From: Thermoflexales bacterium
Lineage (GTDB): Bacteria > Chloroflexota > Anaerolineae > J036 > Brachytrichaceae
Length of the DNA: 50,734 nt
NCBI GenBank assembly: GCA_038213625.1
Contig: JBBQST010000001.1
Location: forward strand, 1 to 50,734
Reading direction: 5' to 3'
This document shows, one piece after another, positions 16,819-25,133 of the stretch. The position numbers were made by a program, and so were the translations under genes. How positions within the stretch are numbered: position 1 is the first letter of the stretch; every line of letters begins with the position of its first letter. Below the pieces are notes generated by a model, which was not told the origin of the DNA, ran no database searches, and worked only from the letters and a program-made list of their open reading frames with translations.

Positions 16819-17718
16819 TCAGGGCAGCGGCACACATGCCGCAATGCCACCGGGGGTAATTCCTGCGCGACAAGCCCAGAGATACCAGTTGGGCTCGGCA
16901 GGACCAGATGTAATGACACCAATACCACCGGCAACGGCCGCCAGTGTGGCCAACCCCAACGCCCATACGTGAATGGAGTGCGGGGTCGCATTGAAGCCCA
17001 TGATCCAACGCCAGATCAATTGCGCGCGATGCGTGCCTTCGGTGCTATCTTCAATTTCATCCAACTCGCGATGCGACTGATATTGCACCGTTGCCAGAAT
17101 GGTCGCGCCGTGCATGGCCAGCAACACCGTACTGCCTAACAGGCCAAAGATCGACACCATGTGAAACGGGTTGTAGTAGAAATTGCCATATTTGATACTG
17201 AAATTGTTGGCCCAGACCAATTGTGCACGCAACCCATGTCCCGGCGCTTCATTCCACGATCCCATCGAAATGGGATGAATGATGTAGATGGCCGAGAACA
17301 GAAACAGTGCGGCCCCAAAAGCAATTGGCAACAACGGTCGAACGCCGTTGGCGGTCGCTCGCGACCAGATGCGAATGGTCCAGAACACCAGCGTCAGTGT
17401 CAGAAACAAGGTCGCAATCTGCCAGAACCCGCCCTGTGCCAATGGGGCAAACTGCAAACCATAGGACGGGGCCGGCGGCTCCACACCCAACACAGCAAAT
17501 TCACGCATGAACCGGATGGGGTTCCAGCCCACTTGCAGACCGTAACCGATGAAGATCATCAGCACAGTAATCGCAAATGAGCCGATGGCCAGCAGACCCC
17601 ATATCCCCAAATAAATGGGGCCGATTTGTGTATCACCAAAACCCTGTAGTGCTTTGATGTGAAAAGACTTCTTGGCACGACGCTCAATGCCTTCGGGATA
17701 AAGTGCTTCAGCTTCCAT
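16819..17718 (-). CDS. pufM: type II photosynthetic reaction centre M subunit
   Basis: ORF track 16819..17808(-). I moved the start to ATG 17718 (MEAEALYPEG...), 11 nt after AAGGAG and 19 nt after the pufL stop. L/M-family helices and His ligands (...NPFHMVSIFGLLGSTVLLAMHGATIL...). Confidence 0.95.
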   Translation of the reverse strand: MEAEALYPEGIERRAKKSFHIKALQGFGDTQIGPIYLGIWGLLAIGSFAITVLMIFIGYGLQVGWNPIRFMREFAVLGVEPPAPSYGLQFAPLAQGGFWQIATLFLTLTLVFWTIRIWSRATANGVRPLLPIAFGAALFLFSAIYIIHPISMGSWNEAPGHGLRAQLVWANNFSIKYGNFYYNPFHMVSIFGLLGSTVLLAMHGATILATVQYQSHRELDEIEDSTEGTHRAQLIWRWIMGFNATPHSIHVWALGLATLAAVAGGIGVITSGPAEPNWYLWACRAGITPGGIAACVPLP

Positions 17719-17737
17719 AATCTCTATAACTCCTTTG

Positions 17738-18592
17738 CTAGAAACCGAATCCGCTCCAAATAGGAAGCTTGTTCCAGAAGTCCCAGAAACGGCTCCAATC
17801 TTGAACAACAGTTCCGGAAAGCACCAGGCATAGATTGCTCAGCAACACACACAACACGGAGAACAAAAAGGCCAGCCGATGCACGCCAATTTCTCCAACG
17901 CTATAACCGAAGAAGTCCCAGTAGAACCGGTTGATATTGTCTTCGGTCACACCCTTGTTGCGCAGTCCGGATGCGCTCAAAATAGTTGCGCCGTGCAATG
18001 AGAGCACAAAACCACTACCAAACAACAGGGCTACACCCAACGCATGAAACGGGTTGTAGTAGAAGTTGTAATAGCGGTAACCAAATGCCGATAGCCAGTC
18101 CAGGTGCGCTAGCACGCCCAGAGGAAACCCTTCGGCCCAATGACCCAACAATGCAGGTCGAACGATCTGGATGGTGACCCAGGAGGATAGAACGGCCGCA
18201 TACGCCACCGGAACGTGATAGCGCATCTTGAGCTGCCGTGAGATATCAACCTGTCTTAGCATCCATGCAAGAAAAGTGATGGTGGCGCAAAATACGACCA
18301 CCTGCCACCACAATCCATCTGCACCCGTTGTGGCGATACCCATACCCAGACTTGCCTTGGGTACCGGAATCTGACCGGCGACAAAATTTCGGAGCGGATT
18401 CCCAGTTTGGGTCGGGTCGAGAATCACCACCTGCCAAAGCCAGACCGCGGAGCCGATCGTGCCCATAAGCACCCCAACGATTCCCCACAATCCCAGATAA
18501 AACCGACCAATCCAGGTCTTAAATAATCCAAAAGAAGCACGGGCGGGAACACCCATTGCCTCTCGGCGGTAATCTGCCTCATACGAAAGCAT
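17738..18592 (-). CDS. pufL: type II photosynthetic reaction centre L subunit
   Basis: ORF track. AGGAGAGGG precedes ATG 18592. Signature ...YYNFYYNPFHALGVALLFGSGFVLSLHGATIL.... Own TAG stop at 17738-17740. Confidence 0.95.
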   Translation of the reverse strand: MLSYEADYRREAMGVPARASFGLFKTWIGRFYLGLWGIVGVLMGTIGSAVWLWQVVILDPTQTGNPLRNFVAGQIPVPKASLGMGIATTGADGLWWQVVVFCATITFLAWMLRQVDISRQLKMRYHVPVAYAAVLSSWVTIQIVRPALLGHWAEGFPLGVLAHLDWLSAFGYRYYNFYYNPFHALGVALLFGSGFVLSLHGATILSASGLRNKGVTEDNINRFYWDFFGYSVGEIGVHRLAFLFSVLCVLLSNLCLVLSGTVVQDWSRFWDFWNKLPIWSGFGF

Positions 18593-18883
18593 ATGCCCTC
18601 TCCTGTTTTAAATGATGCGTCCCAATTTAATCTAGTTAAGTGCGGCAAAAGACTGCCAACGATTGCGTGCAGGAAAGGCCGCGCGCCGCGTCTTACTAAT
18701 GAATTCTGCGACAAGAGGCTTGCGCCTCCGCGTACTGTATCTTTCTTTAAACCGGTGCGCGGCACCGGAACGAACTGACCCTGATGTTGCTCTTGTTTCC
18801 TGCCTGCGCTACATCCACAACACACTTTGGCAAAGAGCACTCTGATCAGCCCAATTCAGCTCAGCGTCGCGCACCGTTGCGAC

Positions 18884-19012
18884 CTACTTGAGCCAGAATG
18901 TGTTGTAGCTCGAGCTCAACACCACGAAGTGGATGAGCAGAGTGGTCAACACCATTGCGACAACGTAAAGACTCAGCGCCGTTTTGAAGTCAATAAACTT
19001 GGGTTCTTTCAT
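18884..19012 (-). CDS. pufA: light-harvesting (B806-866-type) alpha polypeptide, 42 aa
   Basis: Hand translation: MKEPKFIDFKTALSLYVVAMVLTTLLIHFVVLSSSYNTFWLK. Single TM helix with the conserved ...LIHFVVLSS... BChl-His context. AAGGTG lies 6 nt before the ATG. Too short for the ORF track. Confidence 0.85.
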   Translation of the reverse strand: MKEPKFIDFKTALSLYVVAMVLTTLLIHFVVLSSSYNTFWLK

Positions 19013-19080
19013 CGAATGCACCTTTGAACCTGACCAGCCTCCAGTGGAAATCAGTCAGATCCGAATTTAAAAACAACTCA

Positions 19081-19239
19081 CTACCTCGCGGGGATCCACG
19101 GCTTGTACGATGCGATGATGATGTGGTTCACTGCCGCGAGCGCAAAGAAGATCCACGATCCCAGCACAACCAGCTGATGTTGCAGCCACTCTTCGTTGGT
19201 GAATAGCGCCTTGTATCTCTCCGGGACTTTGTCATTCAT
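19081..19239 (-). CDS. pufB: light-harvesting beta polypeptide, 52 aa
   Basis: Hand translation: MNDKVPERYKALFTNEEWLQHQLVVLGSWIFFALAAVNHIIIASYKPWIPAR. Beta-type ...H...KPW(I/L)P C-terminus. GGAGG lies 9 nt before the ATG. Confidence 0.85.
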   Translation of the reverse strand: MNDKVPERYKALFTNEEWLQHQLVVLGSWIFFALAAVNHIIIASYKPWIPAR

Positions 19240-19321
19240 TTTTGATTGCCTCCTAACTTAAGCCACGGCGAGTTTCATGCCGGGGCATTGATTGATGTAG
19301 AGCAACAGGAAATCTTTGCGG

Positions 19322-19349
19322 ATTTTAGTAGGGGCAATCAAATTGTCAA
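19322..19349 (-). promoter_or_regulatory. sigma-70-type promoter candidate for the puf operon
   Basis: Minus strand reads TTGACA (19349..19344), 16 nt, TAAAAT (19327..19322), ~75-80 nt upstream of the pufB ATG. Two ATATATCAA direct repeats lie just upstream of the -35. Confidence 0.5.
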
Positions 19350-19832
19350 ATTGATATATACGGCTTGATATATGTGATGTCCAGACACCACTTTGGGCGT
19401 CGTCAAACAGCCCAACTCATGACGCCCCTCACCCCTTTCACACCCTTCAGAACGCCACCTGATAGGGAGCGAGCCTGTTGAAGAGCCCCTGACACAAGCC
19501 GTTTGCCCAAGTCTCTCCACAAGCGAACGCTTCACCAGGCGGGAATCTACACCGAACCTTGCATTCGCCATCGACAAACTTTGATGGCGAATGCAAAGTC
19601 GGTTCGCATCTGATGCGCGACAGCCACGAACGTCCAGCGGTCAATCGCTGGCCTACAGGTTGACACCCGATCAATCGGGCTAAAAACCGGCCTCAGCCAG
19701 TGTCGTGGTGTAGCCCGGCGATGCTGATGCCGCATTGGACTATCGCTGGGCAACTTGGCCGGCAAAACCTGACTTTGCATTCACCATCACACCCTCGGCC
19801 CTCAAGTGGCAAATAATGCGGTCTCATAGATA

Positions 19833-20807
19833 ATGCCCACACTTCGTTGTGTCTGGCTCAGCTTATTTGTAAGAGATCACAGCGATAGTGGCGGGTTAAT
19901 ACTTGTGCCCCTACAGAACATCGACCTCGATCTTGCATATGCGCAGTGCGCTCGAATGACTCGGCACCACTCCAAGTCGTTTTATCTGGCTACCGATTTT
20001 TTGCCGCGCGCCAAACGCAAGGCGATTCGCGCCTTCTATGCGTTTTGCCGCGTCACCGACGACATCGTCGATGTGCCGCGCACTGGCCTGATTGATCTTC
20101 AGGAATGGCGTCTGGCTGCTCGGCAACGTGCATCCACTCAAACGAATCCTGTGTTGCAGGCCTGGACCGACACCCAGATGCGCTATGCCGTGCCACAGCA
20201 ATACATCGAGGAGTTGATGGACGGCTGCGAGCTGGATTTGCAGGTCAATCGCTACAAATCATTCCAGCAACTGCGGCGCTATTGCTATCTGGTGGCCAGC
20301 ACCGTAGGCCTGGTTTCCATGCACATCATTGGCGCAGCCGATGGCAGCAACCAATTTTCAAGTGACACCACGCACTCGGCCATCGAGTTGGGCATCGCCC
20401 TGCAACTGACCAACATTCTGCGCGATATCGGCGAGGACCTGACCCGCGGCCGCATCTATCTGCCCCTGGAAGACCTGGATGCATTTGGCTACCCCGAACC
20501 CATGTTGTGCGATCGCCAGATCAACGATTCATTTCGAGCGCTCATGCAATTTCAGATCGCGCGCACGGATACGCTTTACGAACAGCATCTACCGGCGCTC
20601 GCGCAATTGCAGCCCGATGGACAAATGGCCGTGGGTGCCGCCTCCCTGTTGTATCGCGGGATTCTCGGGAAGATTGCCGAGAACGGCTTTGATGTCTTCA
20701 ATCGACGGGCTCATTTGAGTGGCTGGGAGAAACTGCGCCGGTTGCCCGGCATCTACTTGAAAGTTCGCCAGTTCTCCCGAGAGCAAAAGCAAAATACCCA
20801 AGTCTGA
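19833..20807 (+). CDS. crtB: phytoene synthase
   Basis: ORF track. ...HHSKSFYLATDFLP..., Asp-rich FCRVTDDIVD, ...GIALQLTNILRDIGEDL..GRIYLP.... The start codon is uncertain (an internal GTG is possible). Confidence 0.9.
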   Translation: MPTLRCVWLSLFVRDHSDSGGLILVPLQNIDLDLAYAQCARMTRHHSKSFYLATDFLPRAKRKAIRAFYAFCRVTDDIVDVPRTGLIDLQEWRLAARQRASTQTNPVLQAWTDTQMRYAVPQQYIEELMDGCELDLQVNRYKSFQQLRRYCYLVASTVGLVSMHIIGAADGSNQFSSDTTHSAIELGIALQLTNILRDIGEDLTRGRIYLPLEDLDAFGYPEPMLCDRQINDSFRALMQFQIARTDTLYEQHLPALAQLQPDGQMAVGAASLLYRGILGKIAENGFDVFNRRAHLSGWEKLRRLPGIYLKVRQFSREQKQNTQV

Positions 20808-20957
20808 CACTCCGGCACTGTATCAGCGAAAGGCGACACCCATACTGAAGAACCCACAAAAACGTCATTCGTCAGCATTGGCTGTTTGGTGTATATTTTT
20901 GCGAATATTGAATTCGTGCGATGTCGCAATAACGATTAGACCCCTACCCGAAGAAAG

Positions 20958-21920
20958 ATGATCGAACAAACCAAAACTTCTGGCGTGCCGGGCCTCGGTG
21001 TTGACAATATGCCTTCAACATCGCGTTCGGTAAAGAAGCCCGCGCAATCCTGGGTTGTCACGTTGATGAAACCCCACACTTGGTTTGCACCGGCCTGGGC
21101 TTTTCTGGTTGGCGCTGTCGCCAGTGGACAGCTGGGATTCAACCTGGAAGCCGGCATCTGGCACAACGTGCTGTGGATTGGCCGGCTGGCCATCGGCATC
21201 GGCATGGCCGGGCCATTGCTCACCGGCTTCTCGCAAGTGCTCAACGACTACTTCGACCGTGATGTGGACGCGATTAATGAGCCCAATCGGCTGATCCCCT
21301 CAGGCAGGGTCACCAAAAGCCAGGTCATGCTGCTGATCGTGGTGTTGCTGGGCGCTGCGCTCGTCGTGGCTGCGGCCCTTGGCATGCAGGTGTTCTGGGT
21401 GGCGTTCCTCGGCGTCGTGCTGGCCATTGCCTACTCTGCCCCGCCCTTAAGGCTGAAGCGAAACGGCTGGATCGGCAACTTCGTCGTCGCCATTGCCTAC
21501 GAAGGGTTGGCCTGGATTGCCGGCCATTTCACCTTTGCCTCCACCCTCACCTCAACCAGCCTCATCTTCGCCCTGTTGTATTCCCTCAGTGTGCACGGCA
21601 TCATGACCATCAACGATTTCAAAAGCGTGACCGGCGACCGCAAGATGGGCATCAACTCGATCCCGGCGCTGTATGGTGAGCGCCGCGCGGCCTGGATCGC
21701 TGTCATCAGCATTGATGCAGCTCAATTCATTGTGGTGGGCCTGTTACTGCTGTGGGGACACTACATCTCCGCCGCCATTGTGCTCGGCCTCATCGTGGTG
21801 CAATTCTTTCCCCAGCGCCAACTCATTCAGAATCCCACCAACGCCATGGCAATTCGGTACAACATCATCGCCATCCCACCTCTGGTGTGGGGCATGCTGG
21901 CGGCGGTATTGCAAATTTAA
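20958..21920 (+). CDS. bchG: bacteriochlorophyll a synthase (UbiA-family prenyltransferase)
   Basis: ORF track. UbiA motif NDYFDRDVDAINEPNRLIPSG, ~9 TM helices, second Asp motif ...INDFKSVTGDRKMG.... Located in the bch/crt context. Confidence 0.88.
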   Translation: MIEQTKTSGVPGLGVDNMPSTSRSVKKPAQSWVVTLMKPHTWFAPAWAFLVGAVASGQLGFNLEAGIWHNVLWIGRLAIGIGMAGPLLTGFSQVLNDYFDRDVDAINEPNRLIPSGRVTKSQVMLLIVVLLGAALVVAAALGMQVFWVAFLGVVLAIAYSAPPLRLKRNGWIGNFVVAIAYEGLAWIAGHFTFASTLTSTSLIFALLYSLSVHGIMTINDFKSVTGDRKMGINSIPALYGERRAAWIAVISIDAAQFIVVGLLLLWGHYISAAIVLGLIVVQFFPQRQLIQNPTNAMAIRYNIIAIPPLVWGMLAAVLQI

Positions 21921-22013
21921 GTTGGGCGTGTTGATTAACTTGGAAGCTCCGAAGCTCCATAGAAGTAAAAAGTGGTTGTAAATGGTTAAAGATAGTTACA
22001 AGGAGGACAAACG

Positions 22014-23282
22014 GTGGCACATGTAATCGTAGTGGGCGCATCAGTCGGTGGCAGCATTGCAGCCGATACATTGCGCGATTTAGGAATCGAAGTGACGTTG
22101 CTGGAGCGGGATCTGAACTACATCAAGCCCTGTGGCGGTGCCGTGCCGCCATTGGCCTTCAGCGAATATAACCTGCCCGAATCTCTGATTGATCGCAAGG
22201 TCTCCATCGCCGTCGTCGCCTCACCTCGCACCATTACCGAGTTCCCCGTCGTCAGCACCAAGCCCAGTGATCAGGACTTTATCGCCATGGTGCGGCGCGA
22301 GATATTCGATCATTACATCCGCGACCGCGCCGTATCCAAGGGCGCCCATCTCATCGAAGGTAAGCTGAACGCACTTGAAGTCACAGCCAGCGGCGTGCGC
22401 ATCACCTATGCCGACCGGGCTCAACACGAGCATGTAATTCAGGGCGATGCCATCATCGGGGCAGACGGTGCCTACTCCACCGTCGCCAAGTTGTTGGGGC
22501 TGGAGCGGTTGGACATGGCGGTTGCGTATCAGGAGCGCATCATGTTGCCCGAGGCGGCCATGAAACACTGGCAAAACCGGGCCGCCATCTATCTGGCCGA
22601 TGAGGTCAGCCCGGATTTGTATGCGTGGGTGTTTCCAAAATATGACCACGTAGCCGCTGGAATTGGGGCCGGGGCCGGCCATACCAAACAAGCGCGTCAG
22701 CTGCTCACCAATCTAAAAACGCGTTTGCGGGATTACCTGGGCGAGGGCTCGACCATCAAGTTTGAAGCGCATCATCTGCCGATGTACCCGCGCAAGGTGT
22801 TGTCCTATGATCGCGCGGCATTGATCGGCGACGCGGCCGGTCTGGTGCAAGCCACCTCCGGCGAGGGCATCTACTGGGCTATGAAGTCGGCAGAGATGGC
22901 GGCGCGCGCAATTGCCAAACATATCGAAGCACCCACCGCAGCCAACCTTCGCAAGAGCTACGACCGGCCGTGGTGGAAGCGTTTTGGAGCCACCTACACC
23001 TTCCTCCAGTTTCTACAGCGCATCTCGTACAACAGCGATGTGCAACGAGAGATTTTTGCAAAAATGTGTGCCGATGCCGATGTGCAACGGCTGACATTTG
23101 ATAGCTACTTGAGCAAGCAGATTGTGCCTGCGCCGTGGATGGTGCAAATGCGCATGACCAAGAACTGGCTCACCACGGCCGGGAAGATATTGATCGAGAG
23201 CCGCGCAAAACCATGGCGGCAAGATCCGACTTGGGGAAAGACGACGGGGATCGTGCCAAAATTAGGCTCAGAGATTGAATAG
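22014..23282 (+). CDS. bchP: geranylgeranyl diphosphate/bacteriochlorophyllide reductase
   Basis: ORF track. GTG start 7 nt after AGGAGG. FAD fold VIVVGASVGGSIAA..., ...RAALIGDAAGLVQATSGEGIYWAM.... Follows bchG. Confidence 0.88.
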   Translation: MAHVIVVGASVGGSIAADTLRDLGIEVTLLERDLNYIKPCGGAVPPLAFSEYNLPESLIDRKVSIAVVASPRTITEFPVVSTKPSDQDFIAMVRREIFDHYIRDRAVSKGAHLIEGKLNALEVTASGVRITYADRAQHEHVIQGDAIIGADGAYSTVAKLLGLERLDMAVAYQERIMLPEAAMKHWQNRAAIYLADEVSPDLYAWVFPKYDHVAAGIGAGAGHTKQARQLLTNLKTRLRDYLGEGSTIKFEAHHLPMYPRKVLSYDRAALIGDAAGLVQATSGEGIYWAMKSAEMAARAIAKHIEAPTAANLRKSYDRPWWKRFGATYTFLQFLQRISYNSDVQREIFAKMCADADVQRLTFDSYLSKQIVPAPWMVQMRMTKNWLTTAGKILIESRAKPWRQDPTWGKTTGIVPKLGSEIE

Positions 23283-23414
23283 TTCTTGAATTCTCAATTC
23301 GGTGTGTCTTTGCTAAACAGCAGATGATCAGTGCACCATTTCACGGCTTCAAAAGCACAGCATAATCCTGCACAGCTTTGTCAGCCTCAACATATCCATC
23401 CAAATATCACCCAA

Positions 23415-23458
23415 TGAGAACCATTTGAGAACCATTTGAGAACCATTTGAGAGCCATT
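23415..23458. repeat. 11-bp tandem repeat TGAGAACCATT x3 plus one variant, immediately upstream of a start codon
   Basis: tgagaaccatt occurs at 23415-25, 23426-36 and 23437-47, and tgagagccatt at 23448-58. The ATG of the next gene is at 23473. Confidence 0.85.
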
Positions 23459-23472
23459 AAAGAGACCCTCAT

Positions 23473-24177
23473 ATGAAAGTGTTTATTGTTCTTGCCCGGT
23501 TACTGGCCGCCTTCTGTGTCTGCGCAGGCCTACAGTCTCCCCAGTTTGCACAGGCCGAGACGCCCATTCTTGAGCCCGGTGATTACGGCATGTTTGATCG
23601 GCCGCAATGGGTCCCAGAAGCACACTTCATGTGGTTTGTGATGGGAGAACTGAGCTCAGTGGATGATCATGATGCCGTCACGTTCGACTATAACGCCGGC
23701 GAGCTTTTCAAAGCCGAAATGTACATCCCCGCACACGATGAGCTTCGGCTGTTTAAACCATCCATCGTTCTGGTCGGCCCCGGCCTGCCACAGCCTGCCG
23801 AGCCGCTTCCTTTTGTGTTGCCGGCCGGTATGGGCGCGATCGTCGCCCACCACACGCGCAATGATACTTATTTCGATATTTTTACCGGTATGACCTTTTA
23901 TCCCGGTGCCAAGATCGAAACCATCATGCCGCAAACCGCCCGCTATTTTGTCGTGACCTATGGACAGCCGGTTGGGATTGCCCGCTATGCGCTCGATATC
24001 GGTGTGATGGAGGACTTTCGCATCGGCACCATCAGCCGCTACCCCATCAACTGGTATGAAGTGCGCGATTTTCTTCGCTGGGGACATCAGCCCATGCCCT
24101 TCATCATCCTGGGCCTGATTGGGTCAATCGTTTTTGCAGTGCGATTTGTGCTGCGCCGGCGCCGGATGGTTGCATGA
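23473..24177 (+). CDS. exported protein with C-terminal membrane anchor, unknown function
   Basis: ORF track. Signal peptide MKVFIVLARLLAAFCVCAGLQSPQFAQA and C-terminal TM helix FIILGLIGSIVFAVRFVLRRRR. Confidence 0.6.
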   Translation: MKVFIVLARLLAAFCVCAGLQSPQFAQAETPILEPGDYGMFDRPQWVPEAHFMWFVMGELSSVDDHDAVTFDYNAGELFKAEMYIPAHDELRLFKPSIVLVGPGLPQPAEPLPFVLPAGMGAIVAHHTRNDTYFDIFTGMTFYPGAKIETIMPQTARYFVVTYGQPVGIARYALDIGVMEDFRIGTISRYPINWYEVRDFLRWGHQPMPFIILGLIGSIVFAVRFVLRRRRMVA

Positions 24178-25133
24178 CAAATGCTGTCATCGTTCTCGTC
24201 GTGCTGGCTTTGGCGTTCATTGCAGCGGCCTATTTGCTAACGCCGCTCCGCGAGAAATATGACCTGCAAGGGTATGTGCAAACCAACCACCGGCAGCCAT
24301 GCTTCCTAACGGTGGACGGCCATGTGTTGCATTACAGCGATTCCGGCCCACCCACCGCCCCAGCAATTTTGCTCCTGCATGGTTTTGCCGCATCAGACTT
24401 CACCTGGCGTCAGCAGGTGCCGGCCCTGCTAAACGCGGGGTTTCGCGTGGTGGCATTGGACCATCTGGGATTCGGCGGATCGGCGCGCGTGGCGGGGCCG
24501 GCCTACTCCACGCAGTCCCATGCCGATTTGGCACTGGGTACGCTGGATGCCTTGAACATCGAGCGAGCCCATATCATCGGGCATTCCTACGGCGCGCGCG
24601 TGGCGATGCAGGTGTCGATTTTTGCGCCGGCGCGGGTGCAATCCATCATCGCCATCGCGCCTGAGGTGTTTGTCAGCGAACGACCGCCCATCGCCAAAGT
24701 GGTCGGCGCACCGGCGATTGGCTACACCCTGGCTTTCTACTCCACCATGCCGGAGTGGACCAACTTCGGGTTGAGGCTGGCGACCGGCCCCGACAAATCC
24801 TGGATCACACCCGAGGTCATTGAGGGCTACGCTGCACCGTTGCGCGTGAAGGGTAATCTAACCGCGCAAATCTGGCAGGCCAAATCTCCCAAGGATGGGC
24901 GGTTGCCAGTGCCGCAGCATGTGCAGACGATTCAGCAGCCCACCTTGCTACTGTGGGGCACTCACGATGCCATCTTCCCGGTTAGCGACGCACAAAGGCT
25001 GCAACAGATGCTTCCCGATTGCGAGTTGCAAATTTTCGACACCGGCCACGTTGTGCATGAAGAGCAGCCAGATGCATTCAATTCGGCTGCGCTTCAGTTT
25101 TATCACTCGCGGTTTGGCCATGGCTCGGCATGA
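24174..25133 (+). CDS. alpha/beta-fold hydrolase
   Basis: ORF track. ATGA overlap with the preceding gene. HGF oxyanion motif (LLLHGFAAS), nucleophile elbow GHSYGA, C-terminal ...DTGHVVHEE.... Confidence 0.85.
   Translation: MTNAVIVLVVLALAFIAAAYLLTPLREKYDLQGYVQTNHRQPCFLTVDGHVLHYSDSGPPTAPAILLLHGFAASDFTWRQQVPALLNAGFRVVALDHLGFGGSARVAGPAYSTQSHADLALGTLDALNIERAHIIGHSYGARVAMQVSIFAPARVQSIIAIAPEVFVSERPPIAKVVGAPAIGYTLAFYSTMPEWTNFGLRLATGPDKSWITPEVIEGYAAPLRVKGNLTAQIWQAKSPKDGRLPVPQHVQTIQQPTLLLWGTHDAIFPVSDAQRLQQMLPDCELQIFDTGHVVHEEQPDAFNSAALQFYHSRFGHGSA

Noticed and set aside
17718-17808. Fused pufLM gene or the long N-terminal extension of pufM (ORF track start 17808, overlapping pufL by 71 nt)
   Set aside because: pufL ends with its own TAG at 17738-17740. 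An AAGGAG-ATG (17718) follows 19 nt later and gives an M subunit beginning MEAEALYPEG. The extension (MFKIGAVSGTSGTSFLFGADSVSS...) lies in a different frame over the conserved pufL C-terminus.
18424-19206. ORFs 18424..18840(-), 18827..19027(+) and 19024..19206(+) around the LH genes
   Set aside because: The two plus-strand ORFs are antisense to pufA and pufB, which have RBSs and canonical LH sequences. The 138-aa minus-strand ORF spans the non-coding spacer and runs out of frame into pufL.
24174-25133. Calling the alpha/beta hydrolase bchO
   Set aside because: BchO of purple bacteria is an alpha/beta-fold protein found in photosynthesis clusters. Here only the generic fold motifs (HGF, GHSYG) are visible. 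The gene is coupled to an unrelated exported protein, so there is not enough evidence for the symbol.
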